Part shown: piece by piece, positions 24,808 to 36,092 of the stretch | Layout of the letters: each line of letters starts with the position of its first letter | How positions within the stretch are numbered: position 1 is the first letter of the stretch | Assembly (NCBI RefSeq): GCF_001194135.2 | Contig: NC_068983.1 | Location: forward strand, 85,768,081 to 85,827,178 | Reading direction: 5' to 3' | Origin: Octopus bimaculoides | Lineage: Eukaryota | Length of the DNA stretch: 59,098 bases | Translations under genes and position numbers: made by a program | The notes under the pieces: generated by a model | The model's input: only the letters and a program-made list of their open reading frames with translations | Told to the model about the DNA's origin: nothing | Databases searched by the model: none

Positions 24808-25164
24808 CTGAAAATATATAAAAAAAAAAAAAGGAAAAATGATAATGGTGGGCAGAAAACTTGATGAGCCTCAAAAACATTCATCCCCATTAATCTACAA
24901 AATGTTTGCAAACACACGAGGCCTGATAATATCTTTGGTCATTTGTTTATGAATCCCTTGTGTGTTTCACAAGGATGGCTTGCTAATCAAACAACCAAGC
25001 TGTCCTTCCACTGAAAAGATACAAAAGAAGTGGAATTCACCACAACAAACTGATGAAATACCTGTTAATTTTACAGTCCTTACAAGATATACACTCCACC
25101 CTTTGATAGCAACTTATGTGTAAGGAGCCTGAAAAGGTAATTACACTTCTTTAAACTACAATCT

Positions 25165-25515
25165 TGTTGGCACTCCGTTGCTTACGATGTCGAGGGTTCC
25201 AGTTGATCCGATCAACGGAACAGCCTGCTCGTGAAATTAACGTGCATGTGGCTTAGCACTCCACAGACATGTGTACCCATAACGTAGTTCTCGGGGATAT
25301 TCAGCGTGACACAGTGTGACAAGGCTGGCCCTTTGAATTACAGGCACAACAGAAACAGGAAGTAAGAGTGAGAGAAAGTTGTGGTGAAAGAGTACAGCAG
25401 GGTTCACCACCATCCCCTGCCGGAGCCTCGTGGAGCTTTAGGTGCTTTCGCTCAATAAACACTCACAACGCCCGGTTTGGGAATCGAAACTGCGAGTCCG
25501 CTGCCCTAACCACAA
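25165..25515 (-). mobile_element. tRNA-derived SINE family C
   Basis: Reverse complement of the copy at 52383-52772. Confidence 0.9.
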
Positions 25516-25559
25516 TCTAGCATCTTAAGAAACTACACACTGGATAATGTAAACAGAGT

Positions 25560-26605
25560 TATTTTGTAGTTGTCATCATTGTCATCATCCTTGCCCTCAT
25601 TTAACATCTGTCTTCCAAGCTGGCATGGGTTGGATGATCTGACAGGAACTGGCAAGGCCAAAGGCCACACCAGGTTCCATAGTCTATGTTGGTTTGGTTT
25701 CTACAGCTGGATGCTTTTTCTAACGCCAACCACTTTACAGAGTGTACCGGGTACTTTTTACATGGTCACCAGTGCTTTTTTATGTGGTACTTTTTACATG
25801 GTACCATCACCAGTGCTTTTTATGTAGCACCATCATCAACATCAACACTTTTTATGTGGCACCAGCACCAATACTTTTTACATGGTACCAGTACCAACAA
25901 CCATACTTTTTATGTTGCACCAGCACCAATGCTTTTTACCTGGCACCAGTACCAAACGTTTTACATGGTATCAGCACCAACACCAATGCTTTTTACATGG
26001 CACCAGTACCAACACTAATGGTTTTTACATGGCACCAGTACCAAAACTTTTTACCTGGTGCCAACACTAACACTTTTTACATGGTACCAGCACAAACACT
26101 TTTTATGTGACACCAGCACCAATACTTTTTACATGGTACCAGTACCAACACCCATGCTTTTTATGCAGCACCAGCACCAATATTTTTTATATGGGACCAG
26201 CACCAACACTTTTTACATGGTACCAGCACCACTACCAATGCTTTTTACCTGGCACCAGTACCAAACTTTTTACATGGTACCAGTACCAACACCAATGCTT
26301 TTTACATGGCACCAGCACTAACACTTTTTATGTGGCACCAGTACCAACACCAATGCTTTTTACATAGCACCAGTACTAACACTAATGGTTTTTACATGGC
26401 ACCAGCATCAACACCAATGCTTTTTACGTGGCACCAGCACAAATACCAATGCTTTTTACATGGCACCAGCACCAACTTTTTACATGGTACCAGCACCAAT
26501 ATCAATACTTGTTATGTGGAACCAGTACCAACACTTTTTACATGATACCAGCAATAGCACCTACACTTTTTATGTGGTACCAACACCAATGCTTTTTACA
26601 TGGTA
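25560..26605 (-). repeat. RTE-tailed element whose 3'-UTR repeat has expanded into a ~860-bp minisatellite (25745-26605)
   Basis: RTE tail (tcatcatc...tttaacatctgtcttcc...) followed by about 30 variable 20-36-bp units of the type tgctttttacatggcaccagtaccaacaccaa. Confidence 0.9.
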
Positions 26606-27396
26606 CTTTGGTTTTAGGATGTCAGAGATGTTAATAGCCTTTTGCCAAAGTATCAGTGTTATGGTAAAAACTAATGCTTTGGACAGTTCTTTGGTGTTTC
26701 AGAACCCTACTGCTTTGGTCATATGCAGTATTACGATATTCAATGGGGTGGGGGATTGTACTGAAGTGAAATAATAATTCAACTTTTTATGACAAAACAC
26801 AAAGTCAACATTGTAATAAAACAGAATCTAGGCAATTAGATGATCATTATATTAAAAATAGTTATAATATACATGATGGTTTAAGTCAACAGAATGTGAG
26901 AAAACTAGGTAAGATATTGGCAGTTCATATCTACTCACAATGTAATATTTGTGATGAAAACATTTAACTTTCAATATCTTTAAATCCACCTAGTTCTAAT
27001 TAGGTACAAAGAATAGTACAGAACACCAGTATAAGACAGCAGTAACATACAGGCCTGACAAGGCCATAAATTTGCAGGTAGGGGTTATATAGACTGAATT
27101 AAATTGACACAAGTACTTGATTTGTCCTCTAGTATTGATTCCAGAAGAATGGAAAGTAAAGTTGACCCTAGACAGGTTGTAATGTCGGTAAGTGTTAGCA
27201 TGCAGTGCTGAGTTCAACACTTTATATGTAAAAAGCAGAATGTAGATTAGCAGCAAGATGAGAAAATGAAGGAAAAACAGATGCTACAAGCAAGATTTGA
27301 ACAGAAAAGAGTGAAGTATTATACTAAGCAAAGGCCCTTTACTCTCCTCATGAACTCCTCTACTACTCAGAACATCCACCATGAAATAATTCTTAC

Positions 27397-27427
27397 TTTG
27401 GAACAGTGGAACTTGAAGCACATAAAG
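27397..27427 (-). CDS. Candidate 31-nt linker exon (FMCFKFHCSK, phase 2 to 0) of the TIKI-like gene
   Basis: Donor AAA|gtaaga is strong. The acceptor attatttatag abuts a SINE tail. It gives a stop-free path from 29280 to 24807 but has no recognisable family motif. Confidence 0.25.
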
Positions 27428-28030
27428 CTATAAATAATGGTTTCACATTTTTGTGCAAGGCCAGCAATTTCAGGAGAAATATGTGTGTATATATGATGAG
27501 CTTCTTTGAGTGTCCATCTACCAAGTCCACTCACAAGGCCTTGGTTGGCCCAAGGTCATAGTAGAAGACACTTGCCCAAAGTGCCACACAGTAGGACTGA
27601 ATCTGGAACCATGTGGTTGGGGAATAAGTTTCTTACAATACAGCCATGCATGCACCTATATATGTGTGTGTGTGAAGGCTAGAGTGCAAGTTTTAGTCAT
27701 TCCACTTAATTCTCTCTCTTTAAATGTAAGTTTCTTGTCATACTCTGAGAAGGATTGGCTCAGCTAGGCTGACATATGCAAGATACACTCTACAGACAAA
27801 ACAAAAGCTCTCATGATGACCCAAAAGCCCATTAAAAGTTATGGAAAAGTTTTATTTCCACATATCTATATCCTTATAAGCTGAATATATACCTGATTAA
27901 CAAGTTTAACTTTTTAAGCCCTCATCATAGGATAATCCATTACAACCCTATCCAAACATAACCTGCTTTTGCATCTACAAAATACAATTGTATTTTATTG
28001 ATTTATATTTTTAATTAGTATTTCTCGACC

Positions 28031-28034
<4 letters not shown>

Positions 28035-28121
<87 letters not shown>
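28035..28121. repeat. (GA)n microsatellite
   Basis: About 43 perfect GA units. Confidence 0.95.
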
Positions 28122-28127
<6 letters not shown>

Positions 28128-28149
28128 AAAAGAAACAGCAAAAAATGAA

Positions 28150-28700
28150 CCCTTGAAACAAAACCCTTGTTATAATTTTACCAGCATACAAGATGAATAT
28201 TCTAGACCAAAAAATTCTATGTGAATTGCAGTAGGATTTGAAAGATAATGATAGTTTACACTAGGTCAACTTGTATGCCAGAAAATACATTATTATCTAT
28301 GATGTTTGGCATGCAATTTCAGTTACAAAAGTGAATTTGAATGAATTTTTCTCCTCTTGTTTGTTTCATTTTGAAAATTTTTTAAGCCATACCATTAACA
28401 GCAAGATCCAAAGATGAATTTGAAAGTTTTCTCTCTAAGGATTTTTCAAATATTGAGAGAAAAGAAATTATTCAATTTTACATAGATGACACAGATGTAA
28501 GTATTTTTGATGTCAGTTTCGTGGAAATGAAATTAAAGTGAAAGAAACTTATGTGAAGACATGGAACAAAAGATGCCAAGCCTTAAATATCAATGAATTT
28601 TCACTTGCAAAAATACATTTACCAGGTAATAATGGAAAAGAAAACTTGTAAAAATAAATTGCTCCAAACAGGATAATTAGTGAACACGAATAAATGAAGG
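28150..28700 (+). pseudogene. Second, more decayed copy of the unknown plus-strand coding relic
   Basis: ...KYIIIYDVWHAISV...KDEFESFLSKDFSNIERKEIIQFYIDDTDVSIFDVS/RGNEIKVKETYVKTWNKRCQALNINEFSLAKI, with stops and frameshifts. tagatgacacagat is identical at 28483-28496 and 18197-18210. Confidence 0.5.
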
Positions 28701-29219
28701 TAGTACTTGCCAGGTAAAGAAAGCTAATTTAATATTTATGAGAAACAAATTTTTAGTTGACTTATGTTTTTTCATCTTAATTGTTTGTTGTATGCATTCA
28801 TACTGCTTATATATTTTTTTTTTTTTTTTTTTTTTGTTTGAAGTTTCAGCTTAGAGCTGCGGCCATGCTGATGCACCACTTTAACTTTAACATTTCATTC
28901 GAAATTTCATAATGCATTAAAAATTATATACTTATATTCTCAAACAAACACATATTTAAAAGCATTTATCTCATATTTATTGCTGGAAATTATGTTGAAA
29001 TTAAATCACTGGAAAGTGTTTATCCATAAAAGGTGTTTATTAGAAAACTTAGTGAAGTACCCATGAAAAATTCACGGGCAATAAACGCTCATTAGTTTTA
29101 TGGTTAATTACTGGCAGTATTGAAAGGGATTATTTGAATAAAATATAAACATTCTTTTTTTATCATCTCATAAATAATATACAACTTATATATGAACAGT
29201 TAAACCTGAACATTCCTAC

Positions 29220-29350
29220 CCAGTGTACAGCTAATGCAATGTCTTGATCAGGCTTCCACGTGATTCATAGGGAAAGTACCACAGCAGAGAGCTGAAGATA
29301 CTGCTCATGATATCAGCAGGGATCTTAAAAAGAAGGTATTCAAAAACTTC
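29220..29350 (-). CDS. TIKI-like exon: EVFEYLLFKIPADIMSSIFSSLLWYFPYESRGSLIKTLH* (3' boundary uncertain: 29280 or 29220)
   Basis: Strong acceptor tgtctgcttttgctgtag|GAA, phase 0. In-frame TAG at 29231-29233 lies between a weak donor (29280, gtactt) and a stronger donor (29220, gtagga). Confidence 0.55.
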
Positions 29351-29781
29351 CTACAGCAAAAGCAGACACAGACAACAGCTGTTGTCTTTAGTTTTATGTG
29401 AAAAATGGAGCAATTGAAGGCCGCAAATATTACTATGAACTTCAATAAACTTTAATTTATCCTTTATCTTTTACTTGTTTCAGTCACAGGACTGCAGCAA
29501 TGCTGGGGCACTATCTCGAAGGGTTTAGTTCACCAGAGCCTTAACAGGCCTCTTTCAGTTTCTACCTAGCAAATCCCATCACAAGGCTTTGGTCGGCCTA
29601 GGTCTGTAGAAGACACTTGCCCAAAGTGCCATGCAGTGGGACTGAACCTGAGACCATGTGGTTGGGAAAGCAAATTTCTTGCCATGCAGCCATTGCTGCA
29701 CCTATAATATATATTGAGACTAATTTAATTCATTACACTATTTGTCTTATAGAGCTTTGTGTTAGACAAAACAAACCTGCA

Positions 29782-30198
29782 TAATAATAATAATAATCCT
29801 TTCTACTAAAGGCACAAGGCCCAAAATTTTGCGGGAGGGGACTAGTTGATTATATTGTCTCCAGTGTTTCACTAGTACTTAGTTTACTGACCCCGAAAAG
29901 GATGAAGTGCAAAGTTGACATTGGCGGAATTTGAACTCAGAATGCACAGACGGACGAAATGCTGCTTAGCATTTTGCCCAGTTTGTTAATGATTTTGCCA
30001 GCTTGCCATCTTAATAATAATAATGATGGTTTCACATTTTGGCACAAGGCCACCAATTTCAGGGGTGAGGAAAAGTCGATTACATCAACCCCAGTACTTA
30101 AACGACCTCAGTTGCATTTGAACATATAATGTAAATCCAGAAGAAACACCACTGAGCATTTTGCCTGGTGTGCTAACAATTCTGCCAGTTCCACCACC

Positions 30199-30242
<44 letters not shown>

Positions 30243-30885
30243 TATAATCCTTTCAACTATAGATACAAGGCCAGAAATTTGGGGGAGGGAGATAGTTGAT
30301 TTCATCGACTCCAGTGTGTAACTGGTACTTATTTCATCAACCCTGAAAGGATGAAAGGTAAAGCTGACCTTGGTGGTATTTGAACTCAACATAAGGACAG
30401 ACAAAATGCCACTAAGCAATATCACCCAGAGTGCCAAAAATTATGCAAGCTCGCTGCTTTCAATAATAATAATAAGCCTTTCTATTAAAGGCGCAAGGTC
30501 TNNNNNNNNNNGACTCCAGTGTGTAACTGGTACTTATTTCATCAACCCTGAAAGGATGAAAGGCAAAGTCGACCTCAGCAGAATTTAAACTCAGAATGTA
30601 AAGATGAGCAAAATACTACTAAGCATTTCGCCTGGCTCTATTATAAGCACAAGGCCTGAAATTTTGAGGGAGGGAGATAGCTGATTACATCAACCACAGA
30701 ACTCAACTGGTAATTATTTTATTGACCTTGGAGGAATCAAAGGCAAAGATGATGTTGGCAGAATTTGAACTCAGAATGTGAAGATGGACGAAATACCACT
30801 AAGCATTTCGCCTGCTAACGATTCTCCCATTCATGCCAATGGTTCTGCCAGCTTACCACCTTAATAATAGTAATAATTGTTTCTA
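29782..30885 (-). mobile_element. Head-to-tail array of at least 5 family-E SINE copies separated by (TAA)n tails
   Basis: Repeating modules ggcacaagg..aaattt.ggg...actggtacttatttcatc.accc.gaaaggatgaaagg...gaatttgaactcag...aaatgc.actaagcattt, each preceded by aataat runs. Confidence 0.85.
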
Positions 30886-32383
30886 ACATAGGAACAAGGT
30901 CTTAAGTTTTAGGGTTGAAAGTTATTTGAAGAAATAGAAGTCAACCTAATAATAATGATTTCTTATTTAGGCACAATGCCAGCAGTAATTGAGTGGGTGG
31001 GGAATTTAGTTGTCACTGACACCAGTACTTGACTGGTAACTTTATTTTATCAACCTGGAGGGACAAAAGGCAATCTACTGACAGTTTAATGATTCTAAGG
31101 GACAGAGTTATGGATTATATCAACCCCAGTACTTTTAGTATAGAAGTAGAGAGAATTAATGATATTTAGCCCTAGGTTAGTTCAGATCTGGCAGACCCTG
31201 TGATCAAAAGTATTCCATATATGACCAATCCAATTTTCTTTTTTTCTTTGTGTGTAATATATGTGAGACAGCTTTAATGAACATGTCCTTCCTATTTTGA
31301 AAACGAAGAGGGTGTAATGGGGTTGTATTTCTAGTAGGTTGAGTTACTCACTGCATGAGTTTCTGTTGGCTCTTGATATTCAGAAATAATGTATAAAGGA
31401 CAAACAGTGAGAGAGGAAAGAGGACTAGCAATACAGAGAGAGAGAGAGAGAGATAGAGAGAGAGATCAGAGCATGGTTGGTAATATCTAATATCTATTTC
31501 CATACAGAGTTCTTTTCTCCCACTTCCACCTAAAAGACAATGCACTTTACTCACTAAATCCCAAGAACCCACCTCTCACTGCTCTCAATCTCTTTATCCT
31601 TCAACACCTCACTTATCTCTCTCTTTCTCACTCTCACAGACCAATGAAGATCTACCTTTCTATCTACCACTACCCACTTTCCCATAACAAATTGATTCCA
31701 TTTACTCTCCATACACCTCTCTCATTCAGAGAAAAAAAAAAAAAAGTAAAATAACCTAAAAGTTCTGTTTTCCAACCTCCCCCCTCCACCATCAGTCGGA
31801 CACTACTACCAAAACACTCTCTGCAAGCCTTGAAGTTATGACCCCCACCCACTCTTGCCATCCAAGCCTTTCTGCCACTCTAACTAATCATCTTTCTTTC
31901 CCTTTACCTTCCCCTAAGCCCACACAGTCTCTTTTTCCAAGTCCCAGCCACTACTGCTTAACAACCAGAAAACCCTTTCCTCTACAGGATTCCCCTCCTT
32001 CCCTACAACAACAACAAAAAGAGAACAAAAAATCATGAGTCACACTTTAAAACTAACATTTGATTCTATAAAAAAAAAAAGACCAACTTGTTGTTGTTGT
32101 TGCAGTTTCCACCTACTGCTTCGTTAACACAGAGTGTCTGTAAGCAACAGTGAAGCCATTGTTTGTTCAACACTTCCATGAAACGACATTTTACAACACA
32201 GTTTTATATTAATGTGTAGAGAGGCAAAAACGGTGGAGCAGATAAGGCATCATACTACTACGTCATAGTTCTAAGTTAAAATCCAATTATTGTGCTTCTG
32301 AGGAGGTTACTATATTCAGTGTACCTTTGTTCAAGGAGCTGCCAAGAATAGGTAGTATTATAACGAATGGGTAAGTTACCTAC

Positions 32384-32405
32384 ATCTGTTCTATCCAGAG
32401 TGAAC
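32384..32405 (-). CDS. TIKI-like micro-exon (R)FTLDRTD, phase 2 to 0
   Basis: Acceptor tgcaattgataccag and donor GAT|gtaggt. Its 22 nt exactly bridge the phases of the 32835 and 29350 exons, and LDRTDEV aligns with the family LETxEEQ/VEKVEEQ motif. Confidence 0.45.
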
Positions 32406-32834
32406 CTGGTATCAATTGCACAGTGTTATAAAAAAAAAAATCAAGTGACTCAAGTAGTTCATAGATACATTAACTAAATTTATACACTTTTGTGGAACCA
32501 TACTTCACCCACTTGGGACACCCAGGCTGATTGATTGGCCCAAGTGATACAAGCTGAAAGGACTTTGAGGCCAATCCATTGGCCCAATGGAACAAATGTT
32601 GTGAATGTTTGGTTTTGAAGTGCAATAGCTAATTAGAAATCATCTCTCAGTAGATGTATCTCAATAGAGAAAAAAATATTGGTCTTTTTGACAAACATAC
32701 CAAAACACTGTGTCTTTCAAAAGGGTTAACATTTACAGCAGGACATAAGTTGTGACACTAACAAATGTTCTAAACCAATGAGGTAACTCAGTGTTGATGT
32801 TCCTTCTATTACACTTGGCGTGTTCCCAAACTAC

Positions 32835-32931
32835 CTGATATTCTTAGTAAATGCTTCAATTTTCTTCTCAGTAAGAAACTTAACCAGTGGACCTATCTTA
32901 AAGTATGTCCTTTTCAAGAAGCCTGATCTAT
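32835..32931 (-). CDS. TIKI-like exon (Y)RSGFLKRTYFKIGPLVKFLTEKKIEAFTKNI(R), phase 1 to 2
   Basis: Donor CAG|gtagtt. 31 open codons; only one frame is open. The acceptor gttagtcag has a poor pyrimidine tract. Confidence 0.6.
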
Positions 32932-33355
32932 CTGACTAACCACCTTCACTTCCAACATCTCTAAGGTAATGGAAACAATTGTGGACAGGTGAGTCTCATG
33001 GAGGTAATGACAATTGACCAAGACTTTGGTGATATGCTGTGCTTGAGAAGACTTGTCAAGCCAAGTGAAATCATAGTGGTGGCTAATGCCAGTGTCATGT
33101 AAAAAGCACTAATTACACTCTTGGAGTGGTTGGCATTAGGAAGGGCATACAGTTGTAGAAATCATACCAAATCACACTGGAACTTGGTGCAGCTCTCCAG
33201 CTTACCAATTCCAGTCAAACCACCTAACCCATGCCAGAATGAAAAGCAGATGCTAAATGATGATGAAAATGATGATGAATCTCCTTTATCGATTTGAGTC
33301 TTTGCTTTTCTGAGAGCACAAATACTGTTTCCATGATTTCCTGTATCATACATAC

Positions 33356-33429
33356 ATTGATGAGGTTTTGCCACAGAGAAAGCAATAATATTCTTGTCAT
33401 CAGCATTGACCATATCTGGTGTAGGAAAA
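33356..33429 (-). CDS. TIKI-like exon (I)FPTPDMVNADDKNIIAFSVAKPHQ; alternative acceptor at 33415
   Basis: Donor AAT|gtatgt. The acceptor ctaaag (33430) is phase-compatible with 34291. The stronger acceptor cctacaccag (33416) would need an extra exon, possibly in the N gap 33915-34251. Confidence 0.62.
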
Positions 33430-34290
33430 CTTTAGATGAGTTGCTGGTTTATAGCAATAAGAAGTTACCTTTAACAATAACAAATCCATTTAATCAAATT
33501 TTTCATTACTTTCAAAATTAATTGAAATGAAGATATTTCAACAGAAATATGGTAATGAAAGGGTTAAGGAGGAAATTGTAGATAATATCATTTTCATAGT
33601 TGTATATGTTGTTGGAAGTGATCAACATACAGATGATGTAACTGAACCTTTCTTGTTCCTCATCTGTTTCCAAGCAAGGTAATATCCCCCCCCCCCCATA
33701 ACCAGAAATGTTTTCATGGAAGATCAGAGACAAAACAACTCCACTGGTTCAGCAATGTCAAGAAAAGGGAACACAAGCATACAAATACAATGGGCTTCTT
33801 TCAGTTTCTCTCTACCAGATTCATTCATAAAGAGGGATTACTGACCTGCTTTGTGCAGAAGCTATATAACCTTATATTTCTAAACCCTTCACTTCTAATG
33901 ATGGACCTTTGAACNNNNNNNNNNNNNNNNNNNNNNNNNNNNNNNNNNNNNNNNNNNNNNNNNNNNNNNNNNNNNNNNNNNNNNNNNNNNNNNNNNNNNN
34001 NNNNNNNNNNNNNNNNNNNNNNNNNNNNNNNNNNNNNNNNNNNNNNNNNNNNNNNNNNNNNNNNNNNNNNNNNNNNNNNNNNNNNNNNNNNNNNNNNNNN
34101 NNNNNNNNNNNNNNNNNNNNNNNNNNNNNNNNNNNNNNNNNNNNNNNNNNNNNNNNNNNNNNNNNNNNNNNNNNNNNNNNNNNNNNNNNNNNNNNNNNNN
34201 NNNNNNNNNNNNNNNNNNNNNNNNNNNNNNNNNNNNNNNNNNNNNNNNNNNAAAGAAAAATATCTTAGCAATATGATTTTTGGGACTTAC

Positions 34291-34336
34291 ATAGCCTCTT
34301 CATTGTCAATGTCCTCAATTAACCAAATGAGGTCAT
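34291..34336 (-). CDS. TIKI-like exon (D)DLIWLIEDIDNEEA, phase 1 to 2
   Basis: Long pyrimidine tract ccctcttctcctctccaccctcttacctctggag and consensus donor AT|gtaagt; only one frame is open. Confidence 0.6.
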
Positions 34337-34476
34337 CTCCAGAGGTAAGAGGGTGGAGAGGAGAAGAGGGCTGGAATACAGACTATTTCTGGGAGGTAAC
34401 TTGCTAATAGTAAGTGCTACATGATCACTACAAATTCTTTTCCTGCTAATTAACTTAAATGATTAAAATACCGGGC

Positions 34477-34939
34477 AGAATGCTGTCAATAAGGTGAGGG
34501 CTGGCAACGAGTAGAGTGAAGAATTCTGAGTAGAAGTAGGGGTTCACCAAGGATCAACTCTCAGCCCCCTCATATTCATTATAGTCCTCCAGGCAATAAC
34601 AGAGGAATTCAAGACAGGCTGCCCCTGGGAGCGTCTCTATGCTGATGAACTTGCCCTAATAGCCAAGTCACTGCCAGAACTAGAGATGAAGTTTAGCATG
34701 TGGAAGCAAGGTCTAGAATTGAAGGGCTTTAGGGTTAACCTAGCAAAAACCAAAGACTTAGTAAGTAGGAAGGCTGTCAAACCACAATTCCCTTTAGGTA
34801 GATGGCCCTGCTCGATCTGTAGAAAAGGTGTGGGTAGAAACGCTATACAATGTACCTTGTGTAAGCCATGGACACATAAAAGGTGCAGCAATATCAAAGG
34901 AAGGTTATCCAGGAAAATAGTTTTTGTGTGTGGCAGATG

Positions 34940-34982
<43 letters not shown>

Positions 34983-36054
34983 GTTTAACGTCCGCTTTCC
35001 ATGCTAGAATGGGTTGGACGATTTGACTGAGGACTGGCGAACCAGATGGCTACACCAGGCTCCAATCTGATTTGGCAGAGTTTCTACAGCTGGATGCCCT
35101 TCCTAACGCCAACCACTCTGAGAGTGTAGTGGGTGCTTTTACGTGCCACCGGCATGATGGCCAGTCAGGTGGTACTGGCAACGGCCACACTCAAAATGGT
35201 GTATTTTACGTGCTACCTGCACAGGAGCCAGTTCCGCAGCACTGGCAACGACCTCGCTCGAACGTCTTTTCACGTGCCACCGGCACAAGTGCCAGTAAGG
35301 CGACGCTGGTAACAACCACACTCAAATGGTGCTATTTACGTGCCACTGGCACAGAAGCCAGACAGCTGCTCTGGCAATGATCACACTCAGACGGTGCTCT
35401 TAGCGCTCCACTGGTACAGGTGCAATCACGATTTTGCTTTCACTTGCCCCAACAGGACTTTGCAAGCAGAGTTTAGTGTCCAATGAAGGAAATGTTGGCA
35501 TGGGTGCCAGTTGTAGAATTTGGTCCGATTTCGATTTCACTTGCCTCAACAGGTCTTCGCAAGCGGAGTTTAGTGTCCAATGAAGGAAAGGTATGCATAA
35601 GTGGGCTGGCTACACCTCTGGCAGAGGCCTCGGATTATGATCTCACTTGGCTTGCCGGGTCTTCTCACACACAGCATATTTCCAAAGGTCTCGGTCACAA
35701 GTCATTGCTTCGGAGAGGCTTAATGTATGAAGGTCATGCTTCACCACCTCATCCCAGGTCTTCCTGGGTCTACCTGTTCCACAGGTTCCCTCAACCACTA
35801 GTGTGGAACTTTTTCACACAGCTATCCTCATCCATTCTCGCCACATGACCATACCAGCGCAATCGTCTCTCTTGCACACCACAACTGATGCTTCTAAGGT
35901 TCAACTTAAGGTCGAGCAGGGGAATTGGGGTGCGTGCGCTAGTTTATAGTCCTGGCGAAGCAAGAGGTAATCGAAAGAGGGAGGAGAGAGAGAGCGAGAT
36001 CGAAAGAGACAGAGTAAGGCAGAGAGAGTTAGGGTTAGTGGCCAGAACACGAGG

Positions 36055-36092
<38 letters not shown>

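Noticed and set aside
25570-26774. Multiple overlapping 60-129 aa ORFs (TWHQHQ, FYMVPAP repeats)
   Set aside because: By-products of the minisatellite. Not a CRISPR array either: the units are contiguous with no unique spacers.
27050-27095. Phase-compatible candidate exon LYNPYLQIYGLVRP
   Set aside because: The sequence aligns to a decayed family-E SINE tail.
32330-32370. Plus-strand candidate exon ELPRIGSIITNG with a gtaagt donor
   Set aside because: Isolated; no compatible plus-strand partner exons found.
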